The position numbers were made by a program, and so were the translations under genes. From Octopus sinensis (lineage: Eukaryota): 64,000 nt of DNA. The stretch lies in NCBI RefSeq assembly GCF_006345805.1, contig NC_043002.1:48918001-48982000 (forward strand), given 5' to 3'. Positions 12,746 to 22,895 of the stretch are shown piece after piece; position 1 is the stretch's first letter, and the number at the start of each line of letters is the position of its first letter. Below the pieces are notes generated by a model. It searched no databases and was not told the origin of the DNA. It was given only the letters and a program-made list of their open reading frames with translations.

Positions 12746-13589
12746 TTAAAAAAATATAACAAAATTTGACTTCTACTTGATTTGAACTCAGAGCTTAAAG
12801 AAAGAGAAGTAAATATTACAAGGCACACTCTTTTTATTTTTTCTGTCAACTCACTACTTTACTATACCGAGTAATGAAGTGTTGAATAATGGATTGATTT
12901 GATGTAAACTAAAATAGTTTCTGAATTATTTGCAAAAAATAGCTGTGGACACATTTTACAGAAAAAGTTTGGAAATTTCTCAAAAAAAAAAAAAAAATCC
13001 AAAAAAAGACAGTAAAAAGGAAACAAAAGACAAAAACGGAAAAAAGGACAGAAAGGAAAAGGAAAAGAGAGAAAACACATCCAAAAACAATCAGCAGATT
13101 TCAGAGTAGCAAGTGAAGTGAGAAGTGCGAAAGGAAATGAAAGAAAATGGCTAAAGAAATAGAATGGAAGAAATGTATGTGTAGGACAACATTAGAATAA
13201 AAGAAAGGGAATGCTAAATGGTTGAGAATTATCACCTAGCAAAGTTAACAACAGTATGATATAAAATGATGGATAACATTGTGTGGTGAAAGAAGTATGA
13301 TGGAGCATGTGTTTGTGGCTAATCTAATTAGTGAAATAGCTAATTATGTGCCAAGGATAAGTGGTCAGAAATGGTTATAAAAAATAAAAAGAAATGGGTA
13401 AAAAATTAACTGGAAGGACACTGATTTGAAAACATACAAAAGTAGAAATAAAGAAGAAAATGAACAAACAAGTACTATTTATTTATGCTACAAAGATATG
13501 TTTTCGTCAAAGTAAGAAGTTACTGTGACAACAATGAGAACAGTGTGGTATAGATGAGACAGTAACTTGGAATTCATTGAGTGTCTTTA

Positions 13590-13793
13590 TCTTCTATCCT
13601 TTACTTGTTTAAGTCATTGCTTGGCCTTGCTGGAGCACTACCTTTGAAAGGTGAATCAAATATATTGACCCCAGTACTTATTTGTTTCAAGTTTGGTACT
13701 TAGTCTATTGGTTTCTTTTGCTGAACTGCTAAGTTATGATGACATAGTCAAACCAACACTGGTTGTCAAACAGTGGTGGGGTACAAACACCAA

Positions 13794-13831
<38 letters not shown>

Positions 13832-14197
13832 TACACACACACATACACACACACACATACACACACATACTGGTACTCTATCAGTTATGATGACGAGAGG
13901 GGCTCTAATTGATCTGATCAACAGAACAGCCTGCTCATGAAATTAATGTGCAAGTGGCTGAGTACTCCACAGACACAAGTACCTTTAATGTAGTTCTCAG
14001 GGAGATTCAGCATGACACAGAATTTAACAAGGCTGGCCGTTTGAAATACAGGTACTACTCACTTTTGCCAGCTGAGTGTACCAGAGCAACATGAAATAAA
14101 GTGTCTTGCTCAAGGACACAACACACCACCAGGAATCAAACTCATGACCTTATGATCACAAGCCAAACGCTGTAACCACTAAGCTACATGTTTCACT

Positions 14198-14239
<42 letters not shown>

Positions 14240-14410
14240 CACACACACACAAAAACACACAAACTGGCTTCTTCTAATTTCGAATCACCAAAGCTTTGGT
14301 TGACCAAAGGCTGTAGTAGAAAACACTTACCCAAAGGTCAAATGCAGTGGGACTGAACCCATAACCATATGGTTGGGAAAGAAACTTCTTAACTGCACAG
14401 CCATGCCAAA
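13590..14410 (-). mobile_element. SINE family A split by a nested SINE
   Basis: Tail 13590-13790, CA tracts either side of the insert, head 14260-14410. Confidence 0.75.
13872..14197 (-). mobile_element. tRNA-derived CORE-like SINE, family C
   Basis: Minus strand reads GTAGCTTAGTGGTT..GAGTTTGATTCC..TGTGTCCTTGAGCAAGACACTTTATTTCA..; a partial plus copy lies at ~16290-16390. Confidence 0.75.
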
Positions 14411-15519
14411 TGAAAATAAGAATACTGAAAAAGATAACAATATTTTAGCTTCAATAGGCTTGTAATGAAGTAAAAGAGTATGTAAAGGGTTAAGTTGAAA
14501 GAGTACTTGATAAGCAGGCACAAGAGTCTGGTGGTTTGCATTTTATCTCCAAGTAATCTGTTATGTTCTACAGACAAGACACTTAACTCTCAATTGCTGG
14601 TTCTACCTAGCTTTCAAGTGGCCATTGTGAAGAGTATAATTTATCACTGTAGACAATGTCAACTTTCTAAACATTGGCAGCACTGTAAACAGTTACTTCT
14701 TTGTAAACAATTGCTGCTCTGCCTGCATTGTAAGCAGTAACAGAAATGGGAGCTGCACTGTAAACAATGTCCACTGTAAACAATGGTTGCTCTATAAACA
14801 GTGACTGTACTGTAAACAAGACTGCTCTGTAGATAGTGCTTGCACAATAAACTAAACTGTGACTGCACTATAAAAATTGGCTGCATCAGAATCAGTAGCT
14901 GCACTATAAATAGTGGATGTATTATAAATACTGGCTGTGCAGCAAACAGTGACTGCATTATACAATAAACAGAAACTGCATGCACTATAAACAGGAGCTG
15001 TACAATAAGCAACAGGGAATACATTCTAAACAGTGTCTACACTATAAACAGAAGATGTGCAATAAACTGCAGCTTTAATATAAACAGTAACATAATTCTA
15101 AATGGTGGCCTCGCTGTAAACAGTGACACTGCAATGAATAGTGACTGCACTAAAAGACAGTAGCCTCATTATAAACACTGGTTGCATGATAAACAATATT
15201 GATAAACCATATCAGTAATGGCAATACTTTAAAGAGTGGTTGCACAACAAACAATGCCACACTATAAATGCTACTTGTACTGTAAACTTGAACTGCAAAC
15301 CACCAGACTCTTGTGCCTGTTTATCAAGTATACTCTCAACTTAACCATTTACATACTCTTTTCCCTCATTACAAGCCTATTGAAGCTAAAGTATTGTTAT
15401 CTTTTTCAGTATTTTTATTTTCATTTGGTATGGCTGTGCAGTTAAGAAGTTTGTTTCCCAACCATATGGTTACGGGTTCAATCCCACTGCATTGACCTTT
15501 GGCCAAGTGTTTTCTACTA
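14314..15519. repeat. Inverted repeat, arms 14314-14540 and 15294-15519, spacer 753 bp
   Basis: Arms about 93% identical; each is ~140 bp unique DNA plus ~90 bp of SINE A head. Confidence 0.9.
14645..15292 (+). repeat. Degenerate 18-bp minisatellite, consensus TGCACTRTAAACAGTGRC, roughly 30-35 units
   Basis: In-register units at 14864-14953 (TGCACTATAAAAATTGGC, TGCATCAGAATCAGTAGC, TGCACTATAAATAGTGGA, TGTATTATAAATACTGGC, TGTGCAGCAAACAGTGAC). Confidence 0.85.
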
Positions 15520-15719
15520 TGTTTTTTAATTTGTTTATCACATTTTAAAAAACATTAGTGATAATTTGAGAGATATTTACCTATTATTTCTGGTTAGTTA
15601 AGAAACTGAACAAGGCGAGAGTGGACAAATTCTTGCTCACATCATATAAGAAACTACCTGTTGACAAAGTCATTTAAAACTCATGGAAATGAGTTAAGCC
15701 TCAAAACCAAATCAGTAAC

Positions 15720-15931
15720 ACATTATCATCTTCATCTACTTTTCCAGGCTTGCATAAATCAGATGGAATTTTTTAAGGCTGGTTTTCTGAAGTCAGATAT
15801 CCTTCCTGTCTCCAATTAAGATAGTATTTCCCCATTACCAGACATGTTTTACATGGAAGACTGGAAACCATCAGCATTGCTTGTAGAATGGTGGGGTTCA
15901 GTTATAATCATCACATGATATCAAGACAGTG

Positions 15932-15935
<4 letters not shown>
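15720..15935 (-). mobile_element. Dispersed repeat family G with (ATG)n-type tail
   Basis: ATATCCTTCCTGTC..ATTTCCCCATTACCAGACATGTTT..GGAAGACTGGAAA; homologous copies at 17930-18175, 25020-25275 and 33100-33200. Confidence 0.6.
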
Positions 15936-15974
<39 letters not shown>

Positions 15975-15975
<1 letters not shown>

Positions 15976-16135
15976 GGTATCTTTCAGTTTCTGTCTACCT
16001 AATCCACTCACAAAGCTTTGGTCAGCCCAGGGAATAATAGAAGACATTCACAGAAGGTGCCATGTAGTGGGGCTGGACCTGAGATAATATGGTTGAGAAG
16101 CAAGCTTCTTAACCACACTGCTATACCTGTGCCTA
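15975..16135 (-). mobile_element. SINE family A head
   Basis: CTTTCAGTTTCTGTCTAC..GCAAGCTTCTTAACCACACTGCTATACCTGTGCCTA. Confidence 0.75.
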
Positions 16136-16511
16136 ATAACTCAATATGCATATTTGCTTTTACACATGTATAGTGTGGGATGTATGAAAATGTGTGGCAT
16201 TATGATTTCTGAAGTCATGTATGACATAATTTTGGAAGGTGTGTGCATTTTAATAGTTTAAGCATTGGGCTCACAATTATTAAGCCACAGTGTTGATTCT
16301 TGGAATGAGTGATGTGTGGTGTCCTCGCTGAGCAAGACACTTCATTATAAATTGCTTCAGTCCACTCAGTTAAAAATGAGTATCAACAATAGCTGAGTGG
16401 GTATAGACTTCAATGTTTTGATACCAAGAATTTCATTTCAACCATCAGGGTTAAAATTTTTAAGGAATATTATAATATTCCTTAAAAATCACAACATTCA
16501 GACCATGTCAC

Positions 16512-16842
16512 AGTATGATGGCTTGTGTACCTCAATGACTCTGACTCTGAGAGCTATACCAGCAGAGTACAAGCTTCTGGTAGGGTTGCCATTGCTGGAC
16601 TGGTGAAAGAATGCAGACCAAACTAACTTGGACCATCTCTCCCCAGTGTAAAAATGGGTTTATATAGAGCCAACACCCCAACCAAAAAAGAAAAGAAAAA
16701 GAAAGTAAGTTACAGAAGCATTGATGACAATTCAAAACCAACAAGAGCTGGGACAGGAGAAAAGATGTCCCAGAATTGACTATAAAGGAAAGTCGTTAAT
16801 GTCCTATGCTCCCTAGGGAGTGAAGAGCTTAAGAAGAAGATT
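16512..16842 (+). mobile_element. Internally deleted RTE-type element (5' end joined to 3' end)
   Basis: 5' part GTACCTCAATGAC..CTGAGAGCTATACCAGC..CTGGTAGGGTTGCC resembles RTE 5' UTRs; 3' part GTCCTATGCTCCCTAGGGAGTGAAGAGCTTAAGAAGAAGA resembles RTE 3' ends. Confidence 0.55.
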
Positions 16843-17289
16843 ATTGTCAAGTACAAAAAAAGAAAGCTAAAATAAATAACTGATTTTTAGGTATAAAAAA
16901 ATTGGATTCACCTCATATTTGAGACTGCTTTGAATTTGACTAAATACAGTAAGTTACTTAGCAATAAATGCCTATAGTATTTACAGGAAATTACTATCTA
17001 AGTATGGCTTAACTGATTAATTAAATAATTTCATGTCATATTATATATTTCGTACAACTGAAATGAAAAGAAATTGATATTTTGATGTTAAGTACAAAAT
17101 ACAGTTCTAGTCCACATGTCATACACTAGAGGAAGTTGATCATGTTCTGCAAGAGCAAACTTAGTTACATAATTAATTACTTGTGAAATGACATGGTAAC
17201 AATAATACATAATAAATAACATCTTCATTGTTTTGGAATAGATTGGATGGAATTTGTTGAGGTAGATTTCGTCCAACTTCATGTTCTAT

Positions 17290-17423
17290 GTTCAAATTCT
17301 GCCGAGGTCGAATTTGCCTTTCATCTCTCCAGGGTCAATAAAACGAGTACCAGTTGAATACTGGAGTTGATGTAATTGATTTACCCATCCGCTAAAATTG
17401 CTGGCCCTGTGCCAAAATTTGAA

Positions 17424-17490
<67 letters not shown>
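17290..17490 (+). mobile_element. SINE family B, 5'-truncated, with (ATT)n tail
   Basis: GTTCAAATTCTGCCGAGGTCG..TTTGCCTTTCATC..GAGTACCAGTTG. Confidence 0.8.
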
Positions 17491-17491
<1 letters not shown>

Positions 17492-17493
17492 CA

Positions 17494-17621
17494 TCCATTT
17501 TGCTTATCATGTACAAGTACAGGTGTATTTATTATTTTATCTATTTTATTTAATTTTAGAAAAACTGAAGCATTTCCAAAGCATATTGAACTTGCTGGTA
17601 TATCACTTTTGGCCCACCCTG
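17494..17621 (-). mobile_element. Tc1/mariner-type MITE end
   Basis: Terminus ACTTTTGGCCCACCCTG followed by TA; homologous in reverse to 18580-18715. Confidence 0.65.
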
Positions 17622-18207
17622 TATATCTAGACTAGTGTCCTCTTCTTGGTAGTTAGAATCAAAACATTTTGACAATTCCACCCATTAGGTTTTTTTTTAA
17701 GGGTGCCTGTTGTATTTGGTAACATTTTTATGATTTCAAACCAAATCTTTTATTAAACCCACAGTTGTAAATCATTTTTATTCCTTAGATCTAATATAGA
17801 GATTGGTTCAGAATTCCGAGGATGGTACTAAATACAATAAGCACCCGAAGGAGGCTGGGTGTACAGTTGCTGGAATATTGTGCCAATAACGACCAAAATG
17901 AGGACTTTTGACTGAATATTATGCACATCATTATTTTAACATTGACTTTTTCATGCTACTATGGGCTATATGGCATTTGTTGGGACTGGTTTTCTATAGC
18001 TGGATGTCCTTCCTATTGCTGACTACCACTTGTTTTTAAGAAAGTTAATATTTACCCATGATCAGGTATGTTTACATGGAAATTAGCAATGAAGGAGACT
18101 ACTGGTATGATAGTGGCACTTGTTTACAACCATCATGCAATGCCAAGGCAAAGAGACAGTAACACACATAAGTATGCATGCACATGCATACACACACACA
18201 TACACAC

Positions 18208-18570
18208 ATCATCATCATCATCATCATAATTTAAGGTTCATTTTCCATGCTGGCATGGGTTAGATGGTTTGACAAAAGCTGGTAAGTGAAATGTCTATGT
18301 CAAACTATTGTCTGCTTTGGCATGGTTTCTGTGACTGGATACCCTTCTTAACACTGACCACTTTATAAAGTTTACTGAGTACTTTTTGTGTAGCTCCAGC
18401 ATCAGCAGGGTCACCAAGTAACTTGCAAGACAAAGATCCCCTCAGCTGGAAGAAGGAGTAGTATTGAAGGACATGGCTTTGTGTCCATTGACGAGAGGTT
18501 AAAAGAATAATGGAGAAATAGAGAATGCTGTAGAAGAGATACAAGGATAAGAAAGGAGAGATGGAGAGAA
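18208..18570 (-). mobile_element. RTE-tail repeat (family D)
   Basis: (CAT)n then TTTTCCATGCTGGCATGGGTT..TTTGGCATGGTTTCT..GGATACCCTTC. Confidence 0.7.
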
Positions 18571-18579
18571 TGATAAATG

Positions 18580-18807
18580 CAGGAGTGGCCAAAAGTAAAA
18601 GTCACATACATAGTAAGTTCAATTCACTCTGGAAATGCCAAAAACATGCTTCAATTTTTAAAAATTGAATCAAATAAATCAAATAATGATGAATGCACAT
18701 GTACTTGTACATGATGAAAAAATGAATAATAATAATAATAATAATAATAATGATGTAATATAAATAGAATGTCAAATCTTTTCATCCCTGACTTTTGGCC
18801 CAACCTG
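18580..18807 (+). mobile_element. Tc1/mariner-type MITE
   Basis: Imperfect TIRs CAGGAGTGGCCAAAAGT / ACTTTTGGCCCAACCTG. Confidence 0.6.
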
Positions 18808-18830
18808 TGTATATATGAATGGCTTCTTTC

Positions 18831-19034
18831 AGTTTCTGTCTACTGTATCCACTCACAAGACTTTGAACAACTCTGGGTTATAGTAGAAGCCACTTACCCA
18901 GGGACTTAACCTGAAACCATGTGGTTGGGAAGCAAACGTCCAACCATACTGTCACACCTGCACCTATATATATACTAGTACTTAATTATTATAAGTCCTC
19001 ATTTCAAAAATTCAGACTAATTAAAAATTTAACA
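18831..19034. repeat. Source copy of a 204 bp direct duplication (second copy 20784-20987)
   Basis: 4 mismatches in 204 bp; both copies hold the same internally deleted SINE A head plus ~70 bp unique flank. Confidence 0.95.
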
Positions 19035-19090
19035 GTATTTAGGTTTTTATCCCTTCATATACTCAGATCAATTCCTGCTGATATCATCAC

Positions 19091-19196
19091 CTGGCCTTTT
19101 GGTTGCTTTAAGCAGAGTTCACTGTGTTGAAAGCATTTAGGCCAGGTGTCTGGTTTCAGGAAAATTCTACCCTTTCTCCCACCAGTCCCAAAATTC
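19091..19196 (-). CDS. Candidate internal exon (106 nt) of an unidentified gene
   Basis: Acceptor TTTTTTTAAATATTTCTTTTCAG, donor CAG|GTGATG; open in one frame: NFGTGGRKGRIFLKPDTWPKCFQHSELCLKQPKGQ; no recognised homology. Confidence 0.3.
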
Positions 19197-19271
19197 CTGA
19201 AAAGAAATATTTAAAAAAAGATAGTGACAAGTAGAGCACTTTCATTTTACCTTGACTAGATGTCTAAAACA

Positions 19272-19347
<76 letters not shown>

Positions 19348-19467
19348 TATATATAATATATAATATATATATATAAATGGTTGATTTTGTGTTTCTTCTT
19401 ATCACTTCAAGGTTAGCAAAATAAGTATCAGCAACATATTAGGGTCAATGCCGTTGCTTAACCTTAC

Positions 19468-19497
19468 CTAATTCCAATGCAAAATATGTTTTTATGC
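19468..19497 (-). CDS. Candidate 30-nt micro-exon
   Basis: Acceptor TTTTCTTTTTTTATTTATTTTTGATTAG, donor TAG|GTAAGG; phase 2-2 reading HKNIFCIGI joins in frame to 19091-19196. Confidence 0.3.
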
Positions 19498-19619
19498 CTA
19501 ATCAAAAATAAATAAAAAAAGAAAACTCTTTTATTCTTACTTGACTTCAGTTTCATATTTTGAACACACATTGGGAAAATATATAGCAGTTCAACATTAG
19601 TACAGAAACTCATGCACAT

Positions 19620-19663
<44 letters not shown>

Positions 19664-20376
19664 ACTCAGATAAAGAAATACACATGCATATTTACATACT
19701 CCTGGCACACACGCATTCACGCATACACATGTGTATACACATAAATATATCATTATCATCACCATCATCATCATCATCATCATTTAACATCCATGTTCAA
19801 TGCTGGTTTATGCGTGTGTGTGTGTATTTTATGTATGTAAGTATATATGTATGCTAGTACGTATATATATTTCGTATGTATGAATTGATGTATATATGTT
19901 TGTATGAACACTTAAAACTTTGAATGTTACACAGATTTCCAAAGCAACCCCAAACCAGCTGCTGGTGAAAATGATCAATAATTCTTACAGAAAACCTCTA
20001 TCTTATCACTACTCTGTTATGTTGTTGTCAGTGAACTGTGGAACAATGAAGAAGAGAGGTCAGCAAAGAGATCAACAATTTTTCCTTTTTCTTACATTTT
20101 TTTGCTTTTTATTTTTGCAAGATCCATTTGGATTCTTTCTAAAACCTGCCAGATGGTTGTAAGATATCTGTAGGAGGCATGTGTTACTCTAATACTGACT
20201 TACTTTCTGTTAACTTTTTTTAAACATTTTGCTATATAAGTGTCACAACATAGTAAACAGAACAGAAATTAACGAGAAATGAAATGTTGACATTTGTTCA
20301 TATCAAGAAATCCTAGCAGAATTATTAAACTTCAATATGATATATAGTCTTTCTCTCTCTCTCTCTCTCTGTATAC

Positions 20377-20420
<44 letters not shown>

Positions 20421-20455
20421 ACACATATAGGTATATACATATATATATATATATA

Positions 20456-20709
20456 CAAAATAATCCCTTGCCATATCGTGATTCTCCTATTGCAGTTCAC
20501 CTATCATGGTTCACCTATCACGGTTTATTATTTAAGCTTATGTCGATTCCTCTGTGATGTTGTTTTACATTTATAATAAAATAAATATATACAAATTATA
20601 AAAATAATGAAAAATATACAATACAGTACTGTTTCTACTTCGTGGATTTTTACCTATCGTAGGGGGTTTTGGAACGTAGCACCCATGACATTCGAGGAAT
20701 AATTATATG
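20456..20709. mobile_element. Tigger/pogo-like MITE in TA repeat
   Basis: Degenerate TIRs TAATCCCTTGCCATATCGTG / CATGACATTCGAGGAATAATTA in TA context. Confidence 0.5.
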
Positions 20710-20716
20710 TATATAT

Positions 20717-20767
<51 letters not shown>

Positions 20768-20783
20768 TTAGCGTCCGCTTTCC

Positions 20784-20987
20784 AGTTTCTGTCTACTGTA
20801 TCCACTCACAAGACTTTGAACGACTCTGGGTTATAGTAGAAGCCACTTACCCAGGGACCTAACCTGAAACCATGTGGTTGGGAAGCAAACGTCCAACCAT
20901 ACTGTCACACCTGCACCTATATATATACTAGTACTTAATTATTATAGTTCCTCATTTCAAAAATTCAGACTAATTAAAAATTTAACA
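20784..20987. repeat. Duplicated copy of 18831-19034, joined to a truncated family D tail
   Basis: (CAT)n TTTAGCGTCCGCTTTCC runs directly into AGTTTCTGTCTACTG. Confidence 0.95.
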
Positions 20988-21121
20988 TGGGTACCCAGAA
21001 CCACACTAATAGGTTTAGAGGGAAATTCAGGATTTCTTGGTTTTCTGGTAATTGATTTTGATAAAACTTTTTCCGGCTGGTTTGCACACTATGGCAACAC
21101 CATTGTTATGTTTCTGTTATT

Positions 21122-21845
21122 CTATGTAAAGTCCTTTCTTTTTTATTTCAGATTCTTCAGTTTTTGAGTGAACCACGCTAATAGCTTTTGAATGAAAATA
21201 GCCCACCTAGATTTTGTTTTCAGAAAATGAAGGATAATGATATACATTGAGTATATATTTAACAGAAAACCATAATAATATTATAACATTTATTAACATA
21301 ATGGATTATTTAGCCACATGTGCTTCATTTCGACAGATAACTTCAAAAACCCTATTAGTCATGGAATCTATACGTATGTATATATATATGCATATGTGGG
21401 CACAGGATGTCATGAAACATATACAACACACAAAATATGAAGTGCAAGTACATGGAATATGAACTAATTTTTTGGACAATGAAAGACACAAATGGAAAAC
21501 AAGGCAAACAACATAAAGAACGACCCTTCATCAGGTGTTGGCTGTTTTTCTACTCTCGTAATTCAAGCATTTAACAACAATATATGCTTCTGATATAACA
21601 GTTGGGTTATAATAGGGTTTTTGAAGTTATCTGTCGAAATGAAGCACATGTGGCTAAATAATCCATTATGTTAATAAATGTTATAATATTATTATGGTTT
21701 TCTGTTAAATATATACTCAATGTATATCATTATCCTTCATTTTCTGAAAACAAAGTCTAGGTGGGCTATTTTCATTCAAAAGCTATTAGCATGGTTCACT
21801 CAAAAACTGAAGAATCTGAAATAAAAAAGAAAGGACTTTACATAG
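21122..21845. repeat. Near-perfect inverted repeat, arms 21122-21357 and 21610-21845 (236 bp), spacer 252 bp
   Basis: 2 mismatches in 236 bp; the spacer is a truncated minus-strand copy of the repeat at 36085-36340. Confidence 0.95.
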
Positions 21846-22079
21846 CAAATTGAATAAAATTTTGGATTTTGTGGAGGGTCAAAATTGGTAATACAAGCAG
21901 ATCAGTGAAAACAAACAGAAAGAGCTGCTAAGCCTAAACGAGGTTGTGGTAGCGAACACATAAATCAAGCTTGGACAGGAGACAGACAAGAAAATGTCTT
22001 CCTTGTTCTAGCTACAATGGAGAGAAAGAAAGAAACACAAGTCAAGAGAAGAAAGAAAAATGACCGATAATATTATAAT

Positions 22080-22455
22080 AGGTGCAGGAGTGGCTGTGTG
22101 GTAAGTAGCTTGCTAACCAACCACACGGTTGCGGGTTCAGTCCCACTGCGTGGCATCTTGGGCAAGTGTCTTCTGCTATAGCCCCGGGCCGACCAATGCC
22201 TTGTGAGTGGATTTGGTAGACGGAAACTGAAAGAAGCCTGTCGTATATATGTATATATATGTATATGTGTGTGTGTTTGTGTGTCTGTGTTTGTCCCCCT
22301 AGCATTGCTTGACAACCGATGCTGGTGTGTTTACGTCCCCGTAACTTAGCGGTTCGGCAAAAAGAGACCGATAGAATAAGTACTAAAAGGTGGTGCCCCA
22401 GCATGGCCGCAGTCAAATGACTGAAACAAGTAAAAGAGTAAAAGAGAGTAAAGAG
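22080..22455 (+). mobile_element. SINE family A, young copy with a short internal deletion
   Basis: CpGs retained (CCACACGGTTGCGGG, GGGCCGACC); the tail skips from AGTACT to AAAAGGTGG. Confidence 0.9.
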
Positions 22456-22671
22456 ATGGTCACGTGGGAGCCATGTGAGCAAGGAAGGAGGAGTGAGGGG
22501 AGAGAGTGACTGAGTAATAGGATAGAACACTGGGAGAAGAGGAGGTAAAAGAATAAGAGGGAGAAAGAGAGAAAAACGAAAGAGTAAAAAGATCATACAG
22601 AGTGCGCATCAGAATTATTATGATAAAACTTACTTGGAAGAGAATGCGTGGCATTCATATACATACATACA

Positions 22672-22734
<63 letters not shown>

Positions 22735-22739
<5 letters not shown>

Positions 22740-22895
22740 GCTTCTTTCAGTTTCCATCTCCCCAATACACTTACAACTTACAAGTTGGTTGGCCCAAGGT
22801 TATAGTGGAAGACACTTGCCCATGGTGCCACACAGTGGGACTGAATCCAGAATCATGTGGCTAGGAAGCAAGCTTCTTACCACACAGCCACACCA
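22735..22895 (-). mobile_element. SINE family A head
   Basis: GAAGACACTTGCCCATGGTGCCACACAGTGGGACTGAA..CCACACAGCCACACC. Confidence 0.85.

Noticed and set aside
13090-13560. Purine-rich stretch vaguely like a LINE endonuclease region
   Set aside because: Similarity too weak to support a call
16660-16700. HDV-like ribozyme expected at an RTE 5' end
   Set aside because: The required P1/P2/P3 pairings could not be built from this decayed copy
16891-16948. Plus-strand AG...GTAAGT exon candidate
   Set aside because: Stops in all three frames once the A-run is counted correctly
20122-20158. Plus-strand 37-nt exon candidate (DPFGFFLKPARW)
   Set aside because: Strong acceptor but isolated, weak donor context and no compatible partner exon
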